Shown: positions 1 through 9,256 of the stretch, piece after piece | How the letters are laid out: each line of letters begins with the position of its first letter | Numbering within the stretch: the first letter of the stretch is position 1 | Assembly: GCA_963664405.1 (NCBI GenBank) | Contig: OY761158.1 | Coordinates: forward strand, 5,760,001-5,824,000 | Origin: Thermoanaerobaculia bacterium | Lineage (GTDB): Bacteria > Acidobacteriota > Thermoanaerobaculia > Multivoradales > Multivoraceae | Direction: 5' to 3' | Length of the DNA stretch: 64,000 bases | Position numbers and translations under genes: made by a program | Notes under the pieces: model-generated | Told to the model about the DNA's origin: nothing | Databases searched by the model: none | What the model saw: only the letters and a program-made list of their open reading frames with translations

Positions 1-2
1 TC

Positions 3-1322
3 GGCAGGATCCAGGTAGAGATCGATCCGCGGACGGTGTTGCGTCACGTGCTTCGCGCAACCCGCTATGAAAAAGGTGAGATCCCCTTCGCGATCGACGG
101 CGCTGGTCGGCTCCTCGCCGCAACCGAGGCACACAGCGAGGCCCTGGAAGACTTGCCTGAGGCCTGCCTGATGGCTGGCGAATCGGGGGAGTCAGTCCAA
201 ACTGTGAGCGATTGGGTAGTGGTGACGAAGAAGGACCCGGCCTCAGGCGTGACTCTCGGCATCGCCAGGCCGGTCGGCGAGCCGCTGAGAGAAATGCAGC
301 GGGCGGCGATGCGGAACCTCGGTTACGGAGTCGGTATGATCGGCTTTGCCCTGCTCGGCATCCTCCCGCTCTCGAATCGCATGACCCGCGGGCTGAGTCG
401 GCTGAGCGAAGGTGTCGAGAAACTCACCGAGGGCGATCTGGGCGCTCGTGTCGAAGTTTTGTCAGGTGATGAGATCGGTGTCCTCGCCGGGCGATTCAAC
501 CGCATGGCGGAAGAACTGAGCGACAAGCAGGTGAGGCTCCTCGAGGAGGAGCGTCGGCACCGAGAGCAAGAGCTGCGCCAGGAATTTCTGGAAGTTGAGC
601 ACGCCCGTAAGACACAGGAGCTCGAGGAGGCTCGGCGCTTCCAGCTTTCACTCCTACCGAGGGGGCTGCCGGAGAGGGACGATCTCGAGATAGCGGTTCT
701 GATGAAGACGGCTACGGAGGTCGGCGGCGACTACTACGACTTCCGCGAGTCTGCCAACGGCTCTCTGACCCTCGCTGTAGGCGACGCGACCGGCCATGGT
801 GCGACTGCCGGTACGATGGTAACCGCGATCAAGAGCCTGTTCATGGCGTCGGGAGCCGAGTTGGCCCCCGGAAACTTTCTCTCAGCGGCTGCTGGGGCGG
901 TTCAGCGAATGGAGCTGGGGAGAATGGGAATGGCTCTTGCGCTGGGCCGTTTCGAGACCAAGACGTTGACGCTCGCCTCCGCCGGGATGCCGCCGATCCT
1001 TATTCGTCGCGCCGCGAGCCAAGAAGTCGAGGAGATAGTTGTCGAGGCCCTGCCGCTGGGGCGAATGGCCGCTTCGTATGCGGACCGTCAGATTGACCTT
1101 GCCAGCGGCGATACGGTTCTCTTCATGACCGACGGCTTGGCCGAGCTGCTTAGCCCTGCTGAAGAGGTCCTGGGCTACGCCGCGGTGCGGGAGATTTTCC
1201 TCGATTGCGCCGATCAGGGGCCGCAGGAGATTCTGGATTGCTTGGATCGGGCGGCGTCCGAGTGGCGCGAAGACCGGGCTCTCGAAGACGACTACACCCT
1301 GGTCGTCGTGCGTGTTGGCTGA
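3..1322 (+). CDS. HAMP-domain PP2C/SpoIIE-family serine phosphatase (5' end outside window)
   Basis: Frame is open from the window start. One TM helix, HAMP (DEIGVLAGRFNRMAEEL), then PP2C motifs EVGGDYYD, VGDATGHG, LFMTDGLAE, EDDYTLVVV. Confidence 0.9.
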   Translation, partial: GRIQVEIDPRTVLRHVLRATRYEKGEIPFAIDGAGRLLAATEAHSEALEDLPEACLMAGESGESVQTVSDWVVVTKKDPASGVTLGIARPVGEPLREMQRAAMRNLGYGVGMIGFALLGILPLSNRMTRGLSRLSEGVEKLTEGDLGARVEVLSGDEIGVLAGRFNRMAEELSDKQVRLLEEERRHREQELRQEFLEVEHARKTQELEEARRFQLSLLPRGLPERDDLEIAVLMKTATEVGGDYYDFRESANGSLTLAVGDATGHGATAGTMVTAIKSLFMASGAELAPGNFLSAAAGAVQRMELGRMGMALALGRFETKTLTLASAGMPPILIRRAASQEVEEIVVEALPLGRMAASYADRQIDLASGDTVLFMTDGLAELLSPAEEVLGYAAVREIFLDCADQGPQEILDCLDRAASEWREDRALEDDYTLVVVRVG

Positions 1323-1415
1323 GGGTCCTCGGCGCTCACATGGCCGGCGACTTGGCCTGTTATTGTCGGTGCCGGTCCAGAGCCGAACAGGGGACCGGTG
1401 AGGCGGGAGGTAAGT

Positions 1416-2288
1416 ATGGTCGAGAAAGCAGGGCCTCTGAGTCGACGTCAGGTCTTGGTTTCGGGGGCTTCGGCTGCGGGTATCGGGCTCCTCTCCAGCG
1501 GCGCGAGGGGCCTTCAGGCCGAGCGCGTCGTCACCAAGGGTCGGATCAAGCAATCTGTCTGCAAGTGGTGCTACAAGGACCTGAGCGTCGAAGAGCTCTG
1601 CGCTGCTGCGGCGGGGATGGGCCTGCGCTCGGTCGAGCTTCTCACTCCCGAGTCATACGACATCGTGAAGCGCTACGGTCTGGTATGTGCCGTAACCAAC
1701 ACTCACACAATTCCCCGCGGTCTCAACAATCCAGAGCACCGAGAGCCTTGTCTCGCGGCGATTCGCGAGTCGATCGAAGCTGCTTCGCGAGCCGGCTTTC
1801 CAAACGTCATCACCTTCTCGGGTAATCGTGAAGGAATGCCAGACGACGTTGGCCTCGAGCACTGCGTGACCGCTCTCGAGAAGGTCGTAGGTCTGGCCGA
1901 GAAGAGAGGCGTGACCATCGTCATGGAGCTTCTCAACTCCAAGGTCAATCACGCCGACTACATGGGCGACAGCATGTTGTGGGGTGTAGAGCTGGTCAAG
2001 CGAGTCGATTCAGAGCGGTTCAAGCTCCTCTACGACATCTACCATATGCAGATCATGGAGGGAGACGTGATCCGCACTATCCGCGAGTATCACCCGTATA
2101 TCGGCCACTACCACACCGCCGGCAACCCCGGGCGACATGAGCTCGACGGGACGCAGGAGCTCCAGTATGCGCCGATCATGCAAGCCATACTGGACACCGG
2201 GTTCGATGGCTACGTCGGTCAGGAGTTCATCCCTACCCGAGCCCCGATCGAGTCGCTGGCCGAAGCGGTACGCCTCTGCGACGTCTGA
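1416..2288 (+). CDS. Hydroxypyruvate isomerase/xylose isomerase-like TIM barrel protein with Tat signal
   Basis: GGAGG at 1406-1410 before the ATG; SRRQVL twin-arginine; MELLNSK, LLYDIYHMQIMEGD, HYHTAGNPGRHE motifs. Confidence 0.88.
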   Translation: MVEKAGPLSRRQVLVSGASAAGIGLLSSGARGLQAERVVTKGRIKQSVCKWCYKDLSVEELCAAAAGMGLRSVELLTPESYDIVKRYGLVCAVTNTHTIPRGLNNPEHREPCLAAIRESIEAASRAGFPNVITFSGNREGMPDDVGLEHCVTALEKVVGLAEKRGVTIVMELLNSKVNHADYMGDSMLWGVELVKRVDSERFKLLYDIYHMQIMEGDVIRTIREYHPYIGHYHTAGNPGRHELDGTQELQYAPIMQAILDTGFDGYVGQEFIPTRAPIESLAEAVRLCDV

Positions 2289-2467
2289 CGCAGTAGTGCT
2301 CGGTGTAGGCGCCGCCTTCGCCTTTTGCGACCGGCGCAGCTTTCGGGGTGGGAGCGTCGCCGCGCTGCGGCGGGAGCGGAGAAACCGGTAGGTAGGAGCG
2401 ATTCGTCTTCGAAAGGGAGCGTCGAGCGCGACTCAAGCGCCGGGGGGACGCGGTTTAGCGCTTGCCA

Positions 2468-2827
2468 CTACTTCTTCGACTTCTTGGTCCTTTTCTTGGG
2501 AGTCTTCTTAGCAGCCTTCTTCTTCGGTGCAGCTTTCTTCTTGGCAACCTTCTTGGCTACCTTCTTCTTAGCAGCCTTCTTCTTCGGTGCAGCTTTCTTC
2601 TTGGCTGCCTTCTTGGCAACCTTCTTCTTCGCTGCCTTCTTCTTCGGTGCAGCTTTCTTCTTGGCTACCTTCTTGGCTACCTTCTTTTTCGCTACCTTCT
2701 TCTTCGGCGCAGCTTTCTTCTTGGCTGCCTTCTTGGCAACCTTCTTCTTTGCTGCCTTCTTCTTCGGTGCAGCCTTCTTGGCGGCTTTCTTGGTCGCCTT
2801 CTTCTTCGCAGCTTTCTTTGCGGCCAT
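2468..2827 (-). CDS. Histone H1-like Lys/Ala/Pro-rich DNA-binding protein
   Basis: MAAKKAAKKK followed by repeated KKKAAPKKKAAKKKVAKKAA; purine-rich RBS upstream. Confidence 0.85.
   Translation of the reverse strand: MAAKKAAKKKATKKAAKKAAPKKKAAKKKVAKKAAKKKAAPKKKVAKKKVAKKVAKKKAAPKKKAAKKKVAKKAAKKKAAPKKKAAKKKVAKKVAKKKAAPKKKAAKKTPKKRTKKSKK
2503..2800. repeat. 60-bp (20-codon) coding tandem repeat, about 5 units
   Basis: TCTTCGG(T/C)GCAGC recurs at 2521, 2581, 2641, 2701 and 2761. Confidence 0.9.
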
Positions 2828-2907
2828 GCGTATCACCCCCTTTCGTGACCGAGATAGATGTCGCGGTCGAAGTGGTTCACACTAAACCGGTCCCCGGCGC
2901 GGAGATA

Positions 2908-2955
2908 ATACTATGTGTAGTGTGTCTCATGTCTAGTGGCCACAATATTTTGTGG
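2908..2955 (-). promoter_or_regulatory. Tandem NrdR-box-like palindromes overlapping a putative promoter of the histone-like gene
   Basis: ATACTATGTGTAGTGT (2908-2923) and CCACAATATTTTGTGG (2940-2955), 32 bp apart, resemble acaCwAtATaTwGtgt. Minus-strand TAGACA-16nt-TAGTAT overlaps them. Confidence 0.55.
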
Positions 2956-2998
2956 TGTGTCCAAATTGCGGCGGTGTGGAGCGGCTGGAGGCTCTGGT

Positions 2999-3655
2999 CT
3001 ATTCCGTCTCCTTCGACCCGTGAGCTTTGGTGCCATAGAGGCGGTCGCCGGCGTCTCCCAATCCGGGAAGGATGTAGCCGTGCTCATTGAGCTCCCGGTC
3101 GAGAGCGGCGGTAATGATGGGGACATCCGGATGGCGGTCATGAAAGTGCGCCACGCCTTCGGGTGCTGCCACCAGGGCGACGAAACGCACCCATGCGGGG
3201 GCGGTCTCCTTGACCAGAGTCACAGCCTCGACGCTCGAGTGGCCGGTGGCGAGCATTGGGTCGACGACGATCACTCCGCGCTGCTCCATCTGTTGTGGCA
3301 GGTTGGTGTAGTAGCGAACGGCGGTGAGGGTCTCGGGGTCTCGATAAAGGCCGACGTAGCCCACTCGGGCGGACGGCAGAATCTCCAGAAAACCGTCGAG
3401 AAGTCCGTTGCCCGCGCGGAGTACGCTCACCAGAGCGAGCTTCTTCCCCAGTAATCTGGGTGCTCTCATCGACTCGAGTGGCGTTTCGATCTCCACTTCA
3501 CCGATGGCGAGATCCCGTGTCGCCTCGTAACCGAGGAGCATGCCGATTTCCTTGGTGAGGCGCCGAAACAGCGCTGAGGGAGTCTCTGTGCACCGCATCA
3601 GGCTGAGCTTGTGCTGCACGAGGGGGTGCTCGACGACGATCAGTTTGCGTTCCAT
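2999..3655 (-). CDS. upp: Uracil phosphoribosyltransferase
   Basis: [44 protein letters not shown]. Confidence 0.97.
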   Translation of the reverse strand: MERKLIVVEHPLVQHKLSLMRCTETPSALFRRLTKEIGMLLGYEATRDLAIGEVEIETPLESMRAPRLLGKKLALVSVLRAGNGLLDGFLEILPSARVGYVGLYRDPETLTAVRYYTNLPQQMEQRGVIVVDPMLATGHSSVEAVTLVKETAPAWVRFVALVAAPEGVAHFHDRHPDVPIITAALDRELNEHGYILPGLGDAGDRLYGTKAHGSKETE

Positions 3656-3664
3656 GAATGCATC

Positions 3665-4949
3665 CTACTTCGAGGCAGATTGAGACGGACGGTGACGAGG
3701 TTCGAATCGGCTGAGGCCTACCAGCTTTTCCAGCTCGGGCTCCGGCGCCTCCAAAACTCTAAAGAACAGACAAGTTACGGGAGTTCGAAACGCCTCGTCG
3801 CTGTCGAGGACGAGGCCCTGGGGGAAAAGCACTTTCTGAAGGTGCCGTCGCTTCCTCAGATCGAACTCGCTCCACATGCGGCGGGCATTGACCACGGCGT
3901 GCTCGGCGAACTCCAGAACTGCCTCGACATCCAGCCCGTCGAGCTCATTGCCGTGGCCCTCGACCTTCGCCAGCGCGATCTCCTGATCGAGACGGAGTAG
4001 CTCCCGCCGGTACGTGTCTTCATCGATGGCCTGCTGGTAGATGTAGACCTCCACCAGACGCTTCTTCTGCCTCTCTAGGTCGGCGAGCCGCCGCTCGATG
4101 ATCGGTTTCTCCTCTTCGAGCTCTCGCTCCCGGTCGCGCCAGACCTCGAGCACCGACTCGCGGAGTGCCTCGAGGTACTCTGGCTTCGGCTTCAGCCGAT
4201 CGAGCAGCTCGAGAAACCTCTCCTCCAGAGCTTCCCTACGGGTGCGCGTCTGACCGCAATCACGGCAGCCGTAGTAGCCATAACGCCGCCCGGTCTGGCT
4301 CCGCGACCACGAGCCGGTGAGGGGACTGTCACATTGGCCGCAGCGGACGAATCGTCGCAGCGGAAAGTCCGGGTTGTTTCGCGTGTGCCGTTTCCCGGCG
4401 AGCTTCGAGTCGTGGAGCACGACCTGCGCTCGATGGAAGGTGTGCTCGTCGACGACCGGCTCGAAGTCGCCCTTGACGTCGATTCCCCACTCGTCGTTGC
4501 GGACGCGGCCACCGTAGAGCGGATGCCGCAGCAGGACGGCGAAGGTCTGCTTGCTCACTTTGTGGCCATGCCTTGTTCTCAGGCCGGCCGCGGTCACCTC
4601 GGTCAGGACCTCCTTCTGCGAATAAAGGCCGGTCGCATAGAGCTCAAAGGCGCGCCGGAGAAGCGGTGCGGAGTCTGGATCCGGCTCGATCGTCTTGGCG
4701 CCGTTCGCTCTCCGCACGTTCAGATAGCCCAGAGGCGCTGGGAACGCCCACTGCCCTCGCTTGAGCGCCTCCTGCATTCCGAGGACCGTTCGCTCTGCTC
4801 TTTGGTCGTTGTCAAACTGTGCAAACGCCGCGAGCACGCCCTCCATCAGCTTGCCGGTAGGGCTCTCATCGATCGTCTGCGTCGCCGAGCGGAGCGTGAT
4901 GTTCATCTTCGCTAGGTGAGCCCTGACGACGTGATGGTCGTACCCGTTG
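3665..4949 (-). pseudogene. Large serine recombinase lacking the N-terminal catalytic start
   Basis: SPTGKLMEGVLAAFAQFDND, PLGY, recombinase domain, zinc ribbon (CGQC...YYGCRDC) and coiled coil. No YxRxS motif; the sequence switches to unrelated DNA at ~4950. Confidence 0.85.
3700..3723 (+). other. tRNA-3'-end-like attachment junction (left att)
   Basis: GTTCGAATCGGCTGAGGCCTACCA has exact tRNA G53-to-CCA76 spacing, but no 5' half of a tRNA precedes it. Confidence 0.65.
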
Positions 4950-5301
4950 TTCATCCTCGACCCCAGAGTTGTCACCAAGATCCTCCGACACATTGCTGAT
5001 GAGAAGGCCAGCTCTCGAGAGCGCGCTCGACCGGCGTCTGCTCTCGCCTCTTGACCGGCCGGCGACGACGGCAAGAGTCCCCGGCCCCGTGAGCTGATCC
5101 CGATCACCTTGGGCCGGCGGAGCTGTGCTCCTGCTCAGCCGAGTAGTAGCCCAAGGCGTCGACCTCACTCACCGCGGCGCGACCTCCTGCTGATCTCTCT
5201 GTTCGCCGAGCCCCGAACCACGCAACACGGCGCAGAAGTTCACCTTCGCCCGCTTGGCAAGCGCGATACGATCGGTTGACCCGAAAAGGAAATCCCTATC
5301 C
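4950..5301 (+). mobile_element. 3' remnant of an IS91/ISCR-like rolling-circle element with oriIS-like end
   Basis: 4950-5054 reads FILDPRVVTKILRHI...RARP*, like the C-terminus of IS91-like transposases. It ends in GAAATCCCTATCC, directly abutting a truncated gene. Confidence 0.6.
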
Positions 5302-5722
5302 CTTCTTCGTCGTCTCCGCCCTCCGCGACCCGGGCACGATGGAGTCCCCTGGCGGCCGGCTACAACGGCTGCAGATCGTAAAGGGCTGGGTCGACGGCGA
5401 AGGGCGACCTCATCAGTCTGTCTTCGACATCCTCGGCTCGGCGGACAATGGCGCATCAGTAGATCTGGAGACCTGCGCCCCGAGCGGACCCGGCTTCGAT
5501 TCTGCCTGCTCGGTGTGGCGAGACCCCGACTTCGAGCCCACCCGTCGGGCCGTCTACTACGCACGCGTAGTGGAGAATCCGGGCTGCCGTTACAGCACCT
5601 TCGAATGTCTCGGGCTGCCGGTCGCGGATCAGCCTCCGCACTGTTCGGATCCCGTGCTGCAGAAGACGATCCAAGAGCGCTCTTGGACCTCCCCTATCTG
5701 GTACGAGCCCTCTAGCGAATAA
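5302..5722 (+). pseudogene. DUF3604-family protein, C-terminal fragment
   Basis: LQRLQIVKGW, WRDPDF, YYARVVENP, IQERSWTSPIW match the C-terminus of the full paralog at 45412-47247. Confidence 0.85.
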
Positions 5723-6092
5723 TGCGCCAAACCATTGGTACCGTTGCACGCGCCGCCACTTCAACACTCGTCCGAGCCCCAGCTTTCGTAGCTTCGTTGC
5801 TCTGGGGTTGTAGCGCTCCCGCCAGTGAGCCGACTGGAGCGCCCCCGGCCGATCTGGTGCTGCGCGGGGGCAAGATCGTCACCCTCGAAGCCGAACAACC
5901 CGAGGCCGAAGCCTTGGCGATACGCGACGGCCGCATCGTCGGTCTCGGGTCGGACGAAGAGATCGCCGGACTTGTCGGGCCGGAGACCGAGGTCGTCGAG
6001 CTGGAGGGGCGCCTCGCCATTCCGGGCTTCATCGAAGGGCACGGACACTTCATGGGTGTGGGTCGCTCGAAGCTCCAGCTCGACCTCATGGA
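5722..6092 (+). pseudogene. Amidohydrolase (YtcJ-like) lipoprotein, N-terminal fragment
   Basis: LLWGC lipobox-like, ADLVLRGGKIVT, GRLAIPGFIEGHGHF; similarity ends at LDLMD. Confidence 0.8.
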
Positions 6093-6256
6093 TACATCTC
6101 CTGGGTGGAGGGCTTTTTCTCTCCCGGGCGCTCCATGCCCATGGCATCCAGCAGCAGGCAGCTTTGCCTCGCTCACGGGTTGCCGGCAACCTGGGTACGT
6201 GGACCGTCATGTTGGTCAGTGCCTCGTTGTTGTTATGGCAGTTTGCGACGGGTTGA
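6089..6256 (+). pseudogene. MAPEG-family membrane protein, C-terminal fragment
   Basis: WIHLLGGGLFLSRALHAHG...RVAGNLGTW resembles the MAPEG/YecN C-terminal helices; no N-terminus present. Confidence 0.6.
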
Positions 6257-6307
6257 GTGAAGACAATCCATCTGAAGCACAACGCAAAGGCCGGCTGAGC
6301 AAGATTC

Positions 6308-7381
6308 ATGCGAGGTTTACAGGACAGAATACGTGCCCGGTTGGGGATCGCCATTCTCGATGGCGGCATGGGCACCGGTCTTGGTGAACAGGGACTGAGT
6401 GAGGCAGAAGCCTGGACGGCGGGCTGGCACCTGGATGATCCCCGGATCGAGACCGCGGTTGTGCGGGTTTATGAGGGTTTCCTCGCAGCGGGTGTCGATA
6501 TCCTGACGGCAAATACCTACAACATCAGCGGTGCATCTGCTCGCCGGGCGGCGGATCACCAGCCACGGAATGGCGATAATCTGGCCCGCCGCGCCATCCG
6601 GCAGAATATTGAACTTGCCCGACGTGTCATCGAGCGACGCACGGAAGGGGAGGCACCCCTGCTTGCGGTGAGCCTTGGCAGTTTCGGTACTGCCATTCCC
6701 GGACGCGGCGAAACCGCAAACCGCGAATCGGACAATCCCCACCGGATCGCCGGTTACGGCGTCGACCTTGCGGTACTTGAGACGTTCCATCGCGAGCGCA
6801 TTCTCGCTGCCCTGCAGGTACCTCCCCATGGTACCGAAGAGATGATTGCCCCTGACTTTGACCTGTTCGCATTCGAGACCATTCCCGATCGACTCGAAGC
6901 GCTGGCGATCGTCAACGTTCTGCGCGACGTTTTTGAGCGGTACCGGCTGCACGATCGCCTGGATGCTTGGGTGTCGTTTACCTGCCCGGACGTGTACACG
7001 GTCGATAATGGCGACCTGTTTACCGATTGTGTGCGGACCGTGGCGAACAGCAGGGAAATCACCGCTGTTGGCATCAACTGTACGGCGCCACATCTTGTAT
7101 CGGCGTTGCTCTCGGAAGCTTCATCGACGCTGAGAGCGTTTTCCGATGTGCCTGGCAAACTGCTTGTCTGTTACCCCAATTCCGGTGAACGCTATCTTGC
7201 GCGCAAGCTGCGGGAGGGAGAGGCCGGCCACTGGGAGTCGAGCGATTCGAGCGTTGGCTCGACGTTGTCCGACTGCGCCGGGGATTGGATTGCGTTGGGG
7301 TGCAGTGTGATCGGAGGGTGTTGTCGAATCACAGCGCGGGAGATCGGCGAACTGCGTGTGAAAATCCAGGCATTGGATTAA
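6308..7381 (+). CDS. Homocysteine S-methyltransferase family protein (MmuM-like)
   Basis: ILDGGMGT, FETIP, VGINC, YPNSGE, IGGCC zinc ligands. Confidence 0.9.
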   Translation: MRGLQDRIRARLGIAILDGGMGTGLGEQGLSEAEAWTAGWHLDDPRIETAVVRVYEGFLAAGVDILTANTYNISGASARRAADHQPRNGDNLARRAIRQNIELARRVIERRTEGEAPLLAVSLGSFGTAIPGRGETANRESDNPHRIAGYGVDLAVLETFHRERILAALQVPPHGTEEMIAPDFDLFAFETIPDRLEALAIVNVLRDVFERYRLHDRLDAWVSFTCPDVYTVDNGDLFTDCVRTVANSREITAVGINCTAPHLVSALLSEASSTLRAFSDVPGKLLVCYPNSGERYLARKLREGEAGHWESSDSSVGSTLSDCAGDWIALGCSVIGGCCRITAREIGELRVKIQALD

Positions 7382-7397
7382 CGCTTGCGCTGAGGGG

Positions 7398-7421
7398 AGC
7401 GGTAGTGACGGCACTACCGCT
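7398..7421. terminator. Hairpin between convergent genes
   Basis: AGCGGTAGTG-ACGG-CACTACCGCT is a perfect 10-bp stem; a second 11-bp stem lies at 7448-7472. Confidence 0.55.
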
Positions 7422-7457
7422 GCGAATCCGCCAGTAACCTTAATCCCGAACCGGTGA

Positions 7458-8690
7458 CTACGTCACCGGTTCCAGGGGCGGTTGATTCAGCGCTTCCCGG
7501 TAGTTCTGGTGAAAGTGATGCAGCGCGGGTTCGTTGCGACCGAATACGATTTCTTTCAGCATGCCGGTTTCGGCAGAGCGCTGCTGCATTTCACCCATGA
7601 CGTAGTCTTCCTGCTCAACCGTACTGTGGAAAACTTCCATCGAGGCTTCGACACCCCCGAGTACACTTTCACTGCCATCGCGGTCATAGACATCGTCAAT
7701 CTGCACGCCTGCAGCCTGTTCCGCTTCGATCGCCCGGATGGCTTCCTCGGTGAAGTAAAAGGAAATCCGCGTGGTGGAGCGACCGGGATTGTTCTCATCT
7801 GGGTAGATCCGGATCAGGGTGGCAGTGCGCGGGCCGCACAGGAATTGGATATTGGGGAACAGGTGATACAGCACGAAGGTACCCCGGGCGATGTGCCAAT
7901 CGGATTCTGGCTGACCTCTCATGGAATCGATGCCGTAGTTGGCGGTGACAAAGCGGTGGTGCCTGCCGAATTCCTTCAGGTGAAGGTTGTTGCCGTAATA
8001 CTGGCGCCCGACCGTGTCCTTGTGCAGCTTCTTGAAGTGGTAGGTTTCGCCAAAGGTATCGTTGGCGAACTTCCAGTTCAGGTTCATGGTGATGGTTTTC
8101 TCACCGACAAACCGGTGGTTGGTGACGTTGTGGGAACCGAGTTCCGCGGCCAGCTCTGCACCCAGCAGATCGTCGACATCCAGTTGCCCGTTGACATCCG
8201 GGTGTACCCACAACAGACCGTCCCGTTCGACCGCGGGCAGCTCAATCAGACCATGGCAGGATTTGTCGATAGCGCCAAAGTGATTTTCATCCTTAATGTG
8301 CATCAGATCGCCGGTGTTGGCGTAACTCCAGCTGTGAAACGGGCACACGAAGACGTTCTTCTTGCCACGCTCCTCCGATGCGACCTTGACTGATCGGTGC
8401 CGGCAGGCGTTCAGGAAAGCGTGGATCCTGCCTGATTTGTCACGAGTGGCGAGCAGCGGTATGCCGAAGTCGTCCATGGTCAGGAAGCTGCCCAGATCCG
8501 GCAGGTCCCCGGACAGTCCAATCAACTGGGGATGGTTGCGGAAAAACGCGTGGCGTTCCTGTGCTGCTACTTCCGGACACACGTACGCCGTGGTCGGCAT
8601 CCGGTACTGCACACCGGCGTCGATGTTCTTACCTTCATCCAGTTGTTGCATCAGTTCCTTGAGAATCTCAACCTGCGTTGCGTGTTGCAT
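7458..8690 (-). CDS. Rieske non-heme iron oxygenase alpha subunit
   Basis: NACRHR...CPFHSW Rieske motif; NWK...ETYHFKKLH...EQED mononuclear iron site. Confidence 0.93.
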   Translation of the reverse strand: MQHATQVEILKELMQQLDEGKNIDAGVQYRMPTTAYVCPEVAAQERHAFFRNHPQLIGLSGDLPDLGSFLTMDDFGIPLLATRDKSGRIHAFLNACRHRSVKVASEERGKKNVFVCPFHSWSYANTGDLMHIKDENHFGAIDKSCHGLIELPAVERDGLLWVHPDVNGQLDVDDLLGAELAAELGSHNVTNHRFVGEKTITMNLNWKFANDTFGETYHFKKLHKDTVGRQYYGNNLHLKEFGRHHRFVTANYGIDSMRGQPESDWHIARGTFVLYHLFPNIQFLCGPRTATLIRIYPDENNPGRSTTRISFYFTEEAIRAIEAEQAAGVQIDDVYDRDGSESVLGGVEASMEVFHSTVEQEDYVMGEMQQRSAETGMLKEIVFGRNEPALHHFHQNYREALNQPPLEPVT

Positions 8691-8860
8691 GCGTTCCTCC
8701 GTTCTTCCCCGTTCGCGTCGCGAACGAAGGTGCCACCCTAAAAAGTCGCAAGAGTCGCGGTCCGGTTCCGGGGGCAGAATCTTCGGCTGACACCTTGGTA
8801 GCCAAAGGCTGCCGGGGAACCGTCTAATCGACGCCTACGAGAACGATAGAGTAGAGCAAA

Positions 8861-9121
8861 GTGAATATCGCACCCAGAGATGTGGAGAAGGCCGCTCTCG
8901 ACCTAGAGCCCGAACTGCGGGCCAAGCTCGCTACCCTTCTGATTCGCAGTCTAGAAGAGACTGAGGATGTGGACGAGAAGGAGATCGAAGGGTTGTGGTT
9001 GGCGGAGGCGGAAGAGCGGGCCAGGCAGATCGATGCTGGCGAAGCCGAAATGCTTGCAGCTGAGGACGTCCTGCAGGAGCTTCGTAGCCAAGAGGCCGCG
9101 GGTGCCACCCGAGAAGTCTGA
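8861..9121 (+). CDS. Putative addiction-module antitoxin component (orphan)
   Basis: ALDLEPELRAKLA...LWLAEAEERARQIDAGE pattern of TIGR02574-like antitoxins; no toxin gene follows. Confidence 0.7.
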   Translation: MNIAPRDVEKAALDLEPELRAKLATLLIRSLEETEDVDEKEIEGLWLAEAEERARQIDAGEAEMLAAEDVLQELRSQEAAGATREV

Positions 9122-9200
9122 CGATCGCGTTCTCGCTAAGTCCTAGCCAGAAGTATTGGGGGGGGGGCGTACCTTGCGCAGCCGAAGGCTGGGCACAGAT

Positions 9201-9251
9201 GCTTGACTAAACCAATGGGCTTGACAGCAAGGTCAAGCTAGTGTATTTAAT
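9201..9251 (+). promoter_or_regulatory. Promoter with inverted-repeat operator upstream of the AbiE-like pair
   Basis: GCTTGAC-6nt-GTCAAGC (9219-9238) contains TTGACA; extra half-site at 9201; AT-rich -10 region just before ATG 9257. Confidence 0.6.
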
Positions 9252-9256
9252 CAAAC

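Noticed and set aside
2325-3090. Phe/Leu/Ser-rich plus-strand ORFs
   Set aside because: Antisense shadows of the Lys-rich repeat gene.
3650-3723. Complete tRNA gene
   Set aside because: Only the T-loop-to-CCA part is present; the T-stem does not pair and there is no acceptor 5' strand, D arm or anticodon arm.
4950-5107. True N-terminus of the 480-aa recombinase ORF
   Set aside because: No catalytic motif; this DNA reads as a transposase remnant on the other strand.
8820-9140. Integron cassette around the antitoxin
   Set aside because: No convincing RYYYAAC...GTTRRRY attC structure and no integron integrase.
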